The notes under the pieces were generated by a model that saw only the letters and a program-made list of their open reading frames with translations, had not been told where the DNA came from and made no database searches. A program made the position numbers and the translations under genes. From positions 1 to 64,000 of the IMG/VR virus record IMGVR_UViG_3300031521_000025: a stretch of DNA of 64,000 nucleotides, one strand, 5' to 3'. Origin of the DNA: a virus. Below, piece by piece: positions 45,383-54,017 of the stretch (position 1 is the stretch's first letter; each line of letters starts with the position of its first letter).

Positions 45383-47182
45383 ATGGCAACATTTAACGTT
45401 AAAGAAGAATCTGACAAAATGTATGTTTACTGCTCTAAAAATGCAGTATCCGATATAGCTGCTAGTGTTTTTTTTGGAAAAGCAGCTGCTTGGGTAAGTG
45501 GAGGAACTTATTCTTCTGGAGATAGAGTGACATCAAGTTCAATTCAATATAGAAACTTTACAGGAGTTAACACTACGACAGCTCCAGCAAGTGATACAGC
45601 AAACTGGGTTTTTGATTTGGATAATTATCAATCTTATTTAACTACAAAAAATTATGTAGTTGGAAGTAAAACAAATTATAATAATGAACACTATATTTGT
45701 ATAACTAATACATCTGGAACGTTTGATATTACTAAATGGACTAAACAGATTATAAGTAATAGAGATGTTCCTTATAAGTTACAAAATACTGCAATAAATT
45801 TAATAAATTCGGATGCTAGGTTTGTAAGTTATGAGTTATTAGACTATACTAATAATGTTGCATATCACAATATTTATTGTATATTAAGTAATGGAATATG
45901 GGCAGAAACTTTAACTAATCCAACTAAGTACATACGTTTTGTGGGTCAAAGTAATTTAAAAACACAGATGCTTAATCATATAACAGGTTTTTTCTATGAT
46001 AATATGTACATATATAGCGCTGTAAATTTTAACATTTTCAAATGTAATTCATGTATGTTTTATTCTATTAGTTCTTCAAATAATACCTATTATTATTATA
46101 CATTCAGTTTTTTTTATAAAAATGTTGTTCAGAATACTACACCTTCTTGTTGTTACGTATATCATTTCAATAATAACACATTAATCAACGGAGGGTTGTT
46201 TTATGAGCCTATAACATATTATGCAAATACGGTTATTCGTAATAATATTATAAAAGGCGTTTCTTTTATGGGATCTACATATATGATTCAGCGTATACCT
46301 TTAGGTAATTTTGATTACAACTGTTATTGTGGTATAGTTTATATTGATGGTGTTGCAAAATCGACTCTTGTATCTATACAATCTGCAACAGTAAACCAGA
46401 ATATATACTCAGTATATAATACTAATATATCATTAAATCCAGATTATACATTACCAGTAGGGTCCCCTTTAATAAAAACTGGATCAAATGGAAACAATAT
46501 AGGGGCAGAAGGAGTTGGGTATCCACAAACAAATTCAGGTATTTTTGATTCTCTAAACGGAGCTGTGTATAAAAACATTACTAAATACGGAACTACACTT
46601 ACACGCCAGCAAATATCTAAACAAGCTCAAGGTGGAGGTAATAATTATATTACTTTAGAATCAGCTGCGTCATCTGTAAATTTTGAATATAATGGGTTTA
46701 GAATTTATATTTCATCTGGTACTGGTGTAGGACAAACAAGAACAATTTTAACATATAATGCATCTACAAAAGATGCAACTGTAGATTTAAATTGGACTAT
46801 TAATCCTGATTCAACTTCTATTTATGAAATTTTAGATGGAGAAATAACTTCTTCTGTAGGAGATTTAGGTAGTGTTCAAACTGTAAAAAAATTACTTATA
46901 CAGGCAACAAACTTCTATGATGCAACCGGTTATATTTTAACTCAAAGTGTATCTGAAACAGATTGTCGTTTAGATAATCCTGCTGCTTTAACATTTGATT
47001 TAAGAGTAAGTAACTCTAGTGACCTAAGTGCGGTTTCTTATAGAAGATTTGTACAAGATGAATTTTTAAAAATTGATAGTAACGATAAAGGATGTGGAGA
47101 CTCAGCATATAGTTGTGCTAATTTAGTTTCAAGTGTTTTATCATTTAGATATTTCCAAATTAGATTAATGCTTAGAAAATAA
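45383..47182 (+). CDS. Tailspike-like protein with carbohydrate-binding modules and beta-helix
   Basis: AWVSGGTYSSGDRV...W (CBM5/12-like), NNTL/NNII/DYNCY beta-helix, DYTLPVGSPLI.TG..IGA. Confidence 0.65.
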   Translation: MATFNVKEESDKMYVYCSKNAVSDIAASVFFGKAAAWVSGGTYSSGDRVTSSSIQYRNFTGVNTTTAPASDTANWVFDLDNYQSYLTTKNYVVGSKTNYNNEHYICITNTSGTFDITKWTKQIISNRDVPYKLQNTAINLINSDARFVSYELLDYTNNVAYHNIYCILSNGIWAETLTNPTKYIRFVGQSNLKTQMLNHITGFFYDNMYIYSAVNFNIFKCNSCMFYSISSSNNTYYYYTFSFFYKNVVQNTTPSCCYVYHFNNNTLINGGLFYEPITYYANTVIRNNIIKGVSFMGSTYMIQRIPLGNFDYNCYCGIVYIDGVAKSTLVSIQSATVNQNIYSVYNTNISLNPDYTLPVGSPLIKTGSNGNNIGAEGVGYPQTNSGIFDSLNGAVYKNITKYGTTLTRQQISKQAQGGGNNYITLESAASSVNFEYNGFRIYISSGTGVGQTRTILTYNASTKDATVDLNWTINPDSTSIYEILDGEITSSVGDLGSVQTVKKLLIQATNFYDATGYILTQSVSETDCRLDNPAALTFDLRVSNSSDLSAVSYRRFVQDEFLKIDSNDKGCGDSAYSCANLVSSVLSFRYFQIRLMLRK

Positions 47183-47192
47183 TATTATTACA

Positions 47193-48185
47193 ATGGCAGA
47201 TATTAATTCAGGTTTAATAGCTTATTACCCATTTAATGGGAATGCAAATGATGAAAGTGGAAATAATCATAATGCAATATTTAATAATGCATCGTTAACA
47301 CCAGACAGACATGGTTTAGTTGATAGTGCTTATAACTTTGCAGGTAATCAAAATATAGCTGTATTTAACAAAGAAGTATTACCTCTTACTGATATAACTA
47401 TAAGTATGTGGATATATAAAACACCTACAGCTAGTAATGAGAATAATAGACCATTTGGTAATGATAATTCGTTATCAGAATCAGATGGTCTTGCTATGTG
47501 GTTTAATACAAACACACCATCTTTAATTATGCGAAATAATGGTGTTAATAATGATACTAATTGGGGTCTTACAGTATCTAATAATACTTGGTATTTATAT
47601 ACTGTTACTATATCATCAACTACAGGATTACATTTATATCTAAATGGTGTAAATGTTGCAAATAATGCAAATGCGAAAGCATATTCAAGATCAAATAACA
47701 CTTATTTTTATATAGGATCGGCAGGTAACCCCAATTACTATTTCACTGGTAAAATGGATGAAATACGTTTTTATAACAGAGTGTTATCTGATATAGATGT
47801 TTCGACATTATATTTTTCAACAAAGGATGGAAAAGAAAACCTAAATTCAGTATCAATAATACAAAACATAGATATATCTCAATCTTTTGATGAAAAAGTT
47901 GGATTAATTAGTCCGGTTTTAAACCTTGACGTAGCTCAATCTTTAGAAGAAAAAGTAGGTTTAGTAAGTCCAGTAGTTAATCTTGATATAGCTGCAACAT
48001 TAGAAGAAAGAACATTAGCTTTTACTCTTATATTAGGGCAAGAAAACGAAAATCAAAGAAATGTAATTCATCATTGTGGAACATCTTCTCAAAATCAATC
48101 AAATTCAAACAAAATTTGGATAGATAAAGGTTTTGTGAAAATAATAGCTCAAAGTAATATAGAACACAGTCAAATTGTTGTTTAA
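47193..48185 (+). CDS. LamG domain protein
   Basis: GLIAYYPFNGNANDESGN...DR.G...AYNF...FTGKMDEIRFYNRVLS. Confidence 0.88.
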   Translation: MADINSGLIAYYPFNGNANDESGNNHNAIFNNASLTPDRHGLVDSAYNFAGNQNIAVFNKEVLPLTDITISMWIYKTPTASNENNRPFGNDNSLSESDGLAMWFNTNTPSLIMRNNGVNNDTNWGLTVSNNTWYLYTVTISSTTGLHLYLNGVNVANNANAKAYSRSNNTYFYIGSAGNPNYYFTGKMDEIRFYNRVLSDIDVSTLYFSTKDGKENLNSVSIIQNIDISQSFDEKVGLISPVLNLDVAQSLEEKVGLVSPVVNLDIAATLEERTLAFTLILGQENENQRNVIHHCGTSSQNQSNSNKIWIDKGFVKIIAQSNIEHSQIVV

Positions 48186-48265
48186 AAAAAATAAAAGATT
48201 TATTTACTTTTTTGTTTGTTTTTTTTTATATTTAAAATAAAAATAATTACCATATTTTTTAGAAA

Positions 48266-48427
48266 ATGACTTTTAAATATTACATATTACTTTTTGTAAT
48301 TATAAGTTTTCTTATAATAATTATAGGTTTAGAAAAACAAACTAAAAGTGAATATAAAAGATATTTAAAAAAAGGAGGAGTTTTATCTTTCAAAGAATTC
48401 AAAAAAAAATACTATACTGAAGATTGA
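48266..48427 (+). CDS. Small membrane protein (53 aa)
   Basis: MTFKYYILLFVIISFLIIIIG...; stop abuts the next ATG; not in the ORF track. Confidence 0.6.
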   Translation: MTFKYYILLFVIISFLIIIIGLEKQTKSEYKRYLKKGGVLSFKEFKKKYYTED

Positions 48428-48787
48428 ATGAAAATACTTATTGTAGACGACTCTAAAACATCCGTAAAACTCATAGAAGAGCTCATTAAACACGCTTTTA
48501 GAGATTTTGTATACCAAAGTGCATTTAATGGAAAAGAAGGTTTAGAATGCTATAATAAAACAAAAGATTTTGACTTAATTATTACAGATTATCAAATGCC
48601 TTGCATAAACGGTAATTGTTTAATCAAACAAATAAAACAAATAAACTCTAATATTTTAAGTATTTGTATATCTTCTGAAAGTTTTATAAAAGATGATGAT
48701 ATATTTGATTTTATTTTACAAAAGCCAATCCATAAAGAAGAATTTATCTCTATTTTACAAAAAATAAAAAACAACTATAATGTTTAA
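48428..48787 (+). CDS. Stand-alone response regulator receiver (CheY-like)
   Basis: ILIVDDS, DLIITDYQMP..NG, ISS, KP all present. Confidence 0.9.
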   Translation: MKILIVDDSKTSVKLIEELIKHAFRDFVYQSAFNGKEGLECYNKTKDFDLIITDYQMPCINGNCLIKQIKQINSNILSICISSESFIKDDDIFDFILQKPIHKEEFISILQKIKNNYNV

Positions 48788-49820
48788 TACTCATATTCAT
48801 GTTTTCACAAAAGAAGATGTTCCTTCAAATTTTCTTCCTTTTAAATTAGTAAGAATTTTAGCAGACAAAGAAGGATACGAAATAATTGCAAGAGTTTTAC
48901 ATAATTTAAATCCTTGGACAAAAAATGATGTATTTGATAGATATTTAGAGTTTGTAAAAGAGGGAAGACTCGGTAGTCAAACTAACATTTTTGAAGATGT
49001 AGCAAAGTTTTATCCAATAGATACAAAGTTTTTTGTTTTACCTATGGATATGGAATATATGGGTGCAGGAACTACAGCAAGAGTATATAGAGATCAACTT
49101 AAAGAATTAATAGAATTATCTAAAGTTGATAAAAGAGTTGTTCCTTTTGTAATGGTTGACCCAAGAAGACCAGAAATAGAAGGTTTTGTTTTAAACAATA
49201 ATTTTGCAGGTATAAAACTATATCCAAATTTAGGATACTTTCCTTATGATAAAGATTTAATGTGGATATATAATTATTGCAGTAAATTTAATAAACCAAT
49301 TGTTGCGCATTGCACTCCTGATAATCCAGTACATTTTAAAGGATCAAAACAAGAATTAAAAGAATTATTGTTAAAATCTAAAGGTGTAGTAAATTTAAAA
49401 GGATCTAATCAAAAATTATGTGCTCAATTTATGGATCCTTATAATTATGTTTCTATTTTAAATAACTATAAAGATGTAAATATTTGTTTAGCTCATATGG
49501 GCGGAGAACAAGAAGTTTTAAAATATTTAAAAGGAGAAAAAAACACAATTACAGAAAAAATTTTAAATTTAATTGTAATGTATCCTAATCTTTATACAGA
49601 TATTAGTTATACATTATCAAACAAAAAACTATATTCTTTCCTTGATAAATTATTAGATGATGATAGATATAAAAACCGTATTCTTTTTGGAAGCGATTTT
49701 TATATGAATAAAACCAAAGGAGATGAAACTCTATTTAGCAAAAATATTAAAGAAATGTTAGGAGATAAAAAATTTGAATTAATTAGTAACACAAATGTTA
49801 ATAGTTTTTTGAAATCTTAA
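48780..49820 (+). CDS. Amidohydrolase family protein (Amidohydro_2-like)
   Basis: HIH, GIKLYP, AHC, LAHMGG, YTDIS, ILFGSDF. Confidence 0.88.
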   Translation: MFNTHIHVFTKEDVPSNFLPFKLVRILADKEGYEIIARVLHNLNPWTKNDVFDRYLEFVKEGRLGSQTNIFEDVAKFYPIDTKFFVLPMDMEYMGAGTTARVYRDQLKELIELSKVDKRVVPFVMVDPRRPEIEGFVLNNNFAGIKLYPNLGYFPYDKDLMWIYNYCSKFNKPIVAHCTPDNPVHFKGSKQELKELLLKSKGVVNLKGSNQKLCAQFMDPYNYVSILNNYKDVNICLAHMGGEQEVLKYLKGEKNTITEKILNLIVMYPNLYTDISYTLSNKKLYSFLDKLLDDDRYKNRILFGSDFYMNKTKGDETLFSKNIKEMLGDKKFELISNTNVNSFLKS

Positions 49821-50323
49821 ATTTGTGATTCTAAATATTTCTCTTTGTTAAATTTATCTAGCAAGTTATTTAAATTTCTTTTAGAATTTACACCTACTTC
49901 ATCATGCACAGTAGGTTTTAAATAAGGAACAATAGCAGGTGTCGTTATCATATTTGCTTTTTCTCCTTTATAGTTATAGTTTACCCATTCTATTTGAGGA
50001 ACTAAAGTATCTTTATTTATTTTTTCTAAAATTTTAGGAAACAATTTCAAAAAAGTAGGTAAATCTTGTTTTAAGTTAGAAATTATTTCGTTTATCAACT
50101 CTTTATATTCTTTTGAAGTAGCATTATTGTTTGGTTGCTTACAAAGACGAGATAATTGCAAATTTCTTATTTCTATTCTTGCTTTAAGTATTTTTCTTTC
50201 TAAAATTCTTTTTTTTTGTGTTTTATTTAAAGTAATTTCATTTTCTATTAAAATAACTTTAGTTTTTGAAAGACTTTGGAGTTGTTCTACTAAAAAGTCT
50301 AATTTGTTTTTAACTTTATTCAT
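49817..50323 (-). CDS. Hypothetical protein with the shared N-terminal motif; paralog of the C-terminal part of 50328..51713
   Basis: FLVEQLQSLSKTKVILIE; LPTFLKLFPKI shared. Confidence 0.65.
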   Translation of the reverse strand: MNKVKNKLDFLVEQLQSLSKTKVILIENEITLNKTQKKRILERKILKARIEIRNLQLSRLCKQPNNNATSKEYKELINEIISNLKQDLPTFLKLFPKILEKINKDTLVPQIEWVNYNYKGEKANMITTPAIVPYLKPTVHDEVGVNSKRNLNNLLDKFNKEKYLESQI

Positions 50324-50327
50324 TTTT

Positions 50328-51713
50328 TTAAGCTAAATTTCGGTTTAAATAAGTTTTTTTGTTAAAATTGTCTAAAACACTTTGCATATGTGACTTAAAA
50401 TCTTCGCTTATTGTGTCCGTACCTTTTCTTATTCCTAAATACCAAGCAATTGCATAAGGAATAATTACATCTTTATTATTTAATTGAGTTTTAAACACAA
50501 GAGGTTTAGATTTATTTAATTCTTCATTTATTTTAGGGAATAATTTTAAAAATGTAGGTAAATATTCATTTATATTGTTTTTTATTTCTTTTACAAAATC
50601 AATATAATTCGAATGTGTTTCATTATTTTTAATTTCTTTATAAATAGAGTTTAGTTTTAAACCATCAACTTCTTTTTTTGCGTTTAAAATATCTTGATTT
50701 AATTGTTTTTCAAGTTTTTCTTTTTTTGATAGCCCAAAGATTTCTACCAACAAAACTTCTTTTCCTGTAGTTCTTTCTAATTGTTCTATTAAAATTTTAA
50801 GAACAACTTCTTCTTTTTTTAAACTTTTTTGATCACTAAAGTATTTAGAATAATAAATATTATAAAGAGTAATTCCTTTACTTGTTAATTTAGATGTTAT
50901 TCCATAAGAGTTTAATTGCCCTTGAACAACTTTTGCCATCATTGTATCACAAATAAGATTAACTTCTTTGTATTTTCCTACATTTACTAAATCAATAGAT
51001 CCAGAGCATTTAAAAGAAACAGGTTTTACTCCACTTGGAGTTTTAAGATTTATTTCAAAAGGAGAGCGGTTTGAATATTCTCCTTTTACTACATAAGGAA
51101 GATCTTCTTTTTTTACAATATTTTTTTGAACATCTCCAGATAAGTTTTTAATTATAGCATCTATGTTAATTTCGGTTGTTTTAGGTTCATAGATTTGAAC
51201 CTTTGCCGTGTGATATTTAATATATTCGTTAGAAACAGCAGATCCTCCTTTTGTTATTCCAATTTCTTCATGAGACTTCATATATTTCTCCATACTACCT
51301 GTATCATTAGATAGTAAAATTGTTTTAGCAATATCATTATAAACAGGACTCCAAAATATATTTCCTGTTTTTGAATTACCCACTTCACTATCTTTTGAAG
51401 AAACTGCAATCGCAGCAGGGTAAATGTTATTATTATATTTACAAGTAAATATCCCAAAGATAAAAGCACCATATTCAAATTTACTATGTTCAGCTTCAAT
51501 AATTTTACTTGATATAGTGTCAACAATTTTACTTTTTATATCTTGTTCTATTTCTTTTTTGTATTTCAAATGTTCTGAATTTAAAAAATCAACAGATACA
51601 GAACAGTTATCTATTCTTGTTTTTTTTCTTTCCCAAAAATGTGTATCTTTTTCTTTAGTTCGAGCTTCTCTCGATGCATCGCGATATTTTAATTCTTTTA
51701 AAAGAAGTTTCAT
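50328..51713 (-). CDS. Two-module hypothetical protein with the shared motif internally
   Basis: MKLLLKE start; ILIEQLERTTGKEVLLVE; LPTFLKLFPKI. Confidence 0.65.
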   Translation of the reverse strand: MKLLLKELKYRDASREARTKEKDTHFWERKKTRIDNCSVSVDFLNSEHLKYKKEIEQDIKSKIVDTISSKIIEAEHSKFEYGAFIFGIFTCKYNNNIYPAAIAVSSKDSEVGNSKTGNIFWSPVYNDIAKTILLSNDTGSMEKYMKSHEEIGITKGGSAVSNEYIKYHTAKVQIYEPKTTEINIDAIIKNLSGDVQKNIVKKEDLPYVVKGEYSNRSPFEINLKTPSGVKPVSFKCSGSIDLVNVGKYKEVNLICDTMMAKVVQGQLNSYGITSKLTSKGITLYNIYYSKYFSDQKSLKKEEVVLKILIEQLERTTGKEVLLVEIFGLSKKEKLEKQLNQDILNAKKEVDGLKLNSIYKEIKNNETHSNYIDFVKEIKNNINEYLPTFLKLFPKINEELNKSKPLVFKTQLNNKDVIIPYAIAWYLGIRKGTDTISEDFKSHMQSVLDNFNKKTYLNRNLA

Positions 51714-51812
51714 TATATTCTTTATTTGTGTTTTTAAATATGATATTTTTAATTATCTCACAAAAAGTAAGCTAATCATCAAGGTTGAAATAATAAGCTT
51801 AAATTAATAGGT

Positions 51813-52364
51813 TTAAATAAGTTTGAAATCTAAATTTGTTTGTTTAAAATGTTTTAACATTTTAATTAAAGCTGCGTAAACAAAAGGATCTTGTGCTTTA
51901 AGAAAGTTATCTGTCCAAAAACATTTAGCTTCTTTTTCTAGCTTACTTCCATCAGTAGTAGCTTTTCCTTTTTCTTTGTTTGTTAAATCAACAGTAAACA
52001 AATAATAAACAGTATCTGAACTTTTAATTCCAAACATTTCTCCTAATTCAACAATATCTTCTTTAGTTATAGAGTAACCAGCTTCTTCTTTAAGTTCTAT
52101 AATGGCAGTTTCTAAAGGACTATTATTTTTTTCAACACTTCCTGTTAAAGAAGAAATAATTTTTTTATTTAAATCCCAACAAGGAGTTAATTCATCTCTT
52201 AAAAGAATTTCAAATTTACCTTTTTGATTTCTATATGGTAAAATTACAATTTTTTTTCCATCACAACTTTTCTCATGACTATAAACGTAACCATTTATTC
52301 CTTTTTTTTCATCAACAAGTTCTCTTAACTCTATCCATTTATTGGTTTTAAGGATGTTTATCAT
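51813..52364 (-). CDS. Nudix hydrolase
   Basis: Nudix box GSVEKNNSPLETAIIELKEEAG. Confidence 0.88.
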   Translation of the reverse strand: MINILKTNKWIELRELVDEKKGINGYVYSHEKSCDGKKIVILPYRNQKGKFEILLRDELTPCWDLNKKIISSLTGSVEKNNSPLETAIIELKEEAGYSITKEDIVELGEMFGIKSSDTVYYLFTVDLTNKEKGKATTDGSKLEKEAKCFWTDNFLKAQDPFVYAALIKMLKHFKQTNLDFKLI

Positions 52365-52600
52365 TTTTTTATTTTTATTGTTAAACTTTGATTAAAACTA
52401 TTTTCTTTGCTAAAAAAAACTAATTCGCAAAAATTGTTTATTTTTTTGCAAATTTGGTAAAGTTCATTGAACTCGTTGCTACTAAAACAACTTGTTGTTA
52501 GTTCAACTTCAATAACTTCTTTTTCTAAAAAACAATAATTAAATAAAACTAAATTGTTTTTGTTTAACCATTCTAAAATAAAATCTAGATTTTTATCCAT
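52361..52600 (-). CDS. Hypothetical protein
   Basis: 79 aa, ATGA overlap with the Nudix gene. Confidence 0.5.
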   Translation of the reverse strand: MDKNLDFILEWLNKNNLVLFNYCFLEKEVIEVELTTSCFSSNEFNELYQICKKINNFCELVFFSKENSFNQSLTIKIKK

Positions 52601-52712
52601 AATATTTAATGTTTTGTTTTAAATATCAAAAAAAACACATATTGCTGGAAAATAACTATAGATTTTTAAAAAAAGTTATAAAAAAAAACTTATTTTAAAA
52701 TAAAAAAGATAA

Positions 52713-53390
52713 ATGGAAATAAATTATTTTAATTACATTGGACAAGCAGCTGTTTTTGTAATAACAACTAAAGTTTTAGTTACTTTTTATAAAAACCAAG
52801 CAAGTAAAATAAAAGAGAAGAAAGCAAAAAAGCTTCAGGAAGTAGAAAAAGACAAAGAAATAGAAGATTGGGAAATAGGGGATTTAATTCAAGTATCTCC
52901 AGAAAAGTTCGGAAAAGAATTTGTCGAAATTAATTCAAACAGACCAGGTGTTTTGTTTGCAACATTATCAAAATGGAATAAAGAGAAATGCGAAGCTGTT
53001 TTTAATAATGGATTATCAGTTATTTTTTTAATTAACGAAATAGTAGCTAATCATTCTTTTCTTGCAAGAAAAGATAAAAACCAAATGACAAGTTTTATGG
53101 AAAAAACAAAAAACAAACCATTTGATCAATTATTACAAGAATATCAAAAAGAATCCAAAAATACTGACAAGTTTTCTACAATTAGTGGAGAAATTAAAAG
53201 TTTAAACCCAGAAGTGATTCAAAATTGCTCGTTTAATTTTGAAGAAATCGAAGTTTTAGGAGTTCCTCTTATTGAAATGCATAAAAATGAATTAGATCTA
53301 GTAATGGATTTAGCTATTTCTTTTGAAAACTACGAACTCGCAGGCGCTATAAAAAACTTTATTGAAGAAAGATTTCCTGAAGTAAAATAA
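52713..53390 (+). CDS. Membrane-anchored protein with C-terminal UVR-like motif
   Basis: N-terminal hydrophobic helix; MDLAISFENYELAGAIK. Confidence 0.55.
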   Translation: MEINYFNYIGQAAVFVITTKVLVTFYKNQASKIKEKKAKKLQEVEKDKEIEDWEIGDLIQVSPEKFGKEFVEINSNRPGVLFATLSKWNKEKCEAVFNNGLSVIFLINEIVANHSFLARKDKNQMTSFMEKTKNKPFDQLLQEYQKESKNTDKFSTISGEIKSLNPEVIQNCSFNFEEIEVLGVPLIEMHKNELDLVMDLAISFENYELAGAIKNFIEERFPEVK

Positions 53391-53425
53391 TTTTTTTTGT
53401 TAAATTTTATATTTAAAGTAAAAAA

Positions 53426-53656
53426 ATGATACTTAAAGAATATAGTTTAAAAGAAAAATCCAAATTAGTTAAACTCATTAACTATTTACAACCTTTAGTT
53501 CCAGAAGATAGTATGGAAAAAGTTTTAGATTTTTACGAATATTTCGATGAAAGTTTTTATGAAATTGAAAATATAGCTGTTTATGATGAATTTATGGACA
53601 GTTTAAAACAACTAGCTGAGAAAAATACAATTAAATTACCAGAAGAATTATTATAA
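53426..53656 (+). CDS. Hypothetical protein
   Basis: 76 aa, starts MILKE like 811..2328. Confidence 0.55.
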   Translation: MILKEYSLKEKSKLVKLINYLQPLVPEDSMEKVLDFYEYFDESFYEIENIAVYDEFMDSLKQLAEKNTIKLPEELL

Positions 53657-53657
53657 A

Positions 53658-53819
53658 ATGTCAAAAATTATAGATTTAGATTCTCTTTCTTTAGAAGAAA
53701 AAGAATCTATTATTGTTTTATTACAAAAAGAAATTCAAGAAGAAAAAGAAAAAAAAGAAGCTGCTAAAAACGTAGCAGCTTACAAAGAACTAATGAGTTG
53801 TATAACTAAAAAAAGTTAA
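53658..53819 (+). CDS. Small hypothetical protein (53 aa)
   Basis: MSKIIDLDSLSLEEKE...; follows the upstream stop by 1 nt. Confidence 0.5.
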   Translation: MSKIIDLDSLSLEEKESIIVLLQKEIQEEKEKKEAAKNVAAYKELMSCITKKS

Positions 53820-53996
53820 TCAACTTTCAGTTTTTATACAAAAAATTAAATAACTAGTAGCAACAGGTGCTCCAATAGGAACAAGCTTGTCTACATAATA
53901 GTTTTGTTCAACTAAATCATCTACAAAAGATTTTAAACCATTAACAGTAATTGTAATTGGTTGGTAAATAAATGTTTCTTGTTTTGGTACTGCCAT
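53820..53996 (-). CDS. Small hypothetical protein (58 aa)
   Basis: MAVPKQETFIYQP...; A-rich start, fills the gap exactly. Confidence 0.5.
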   Translation of the reverse strand: MAVPKQETFIYQPITITVNGLKSFVDDLVEQNYYVDKLVPIGAPVATSYLIFCIKTES

Positions 53997-54017
53997 TTTT
54001 TATGTTTTAAAGTTAAA

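Noticed and set aside
35695-48185. Diversity-generating retroelement acting on fibre genes
   Set aside because: No reverse transcriptase in the window and no template/variable repeat pair noticed by eye.
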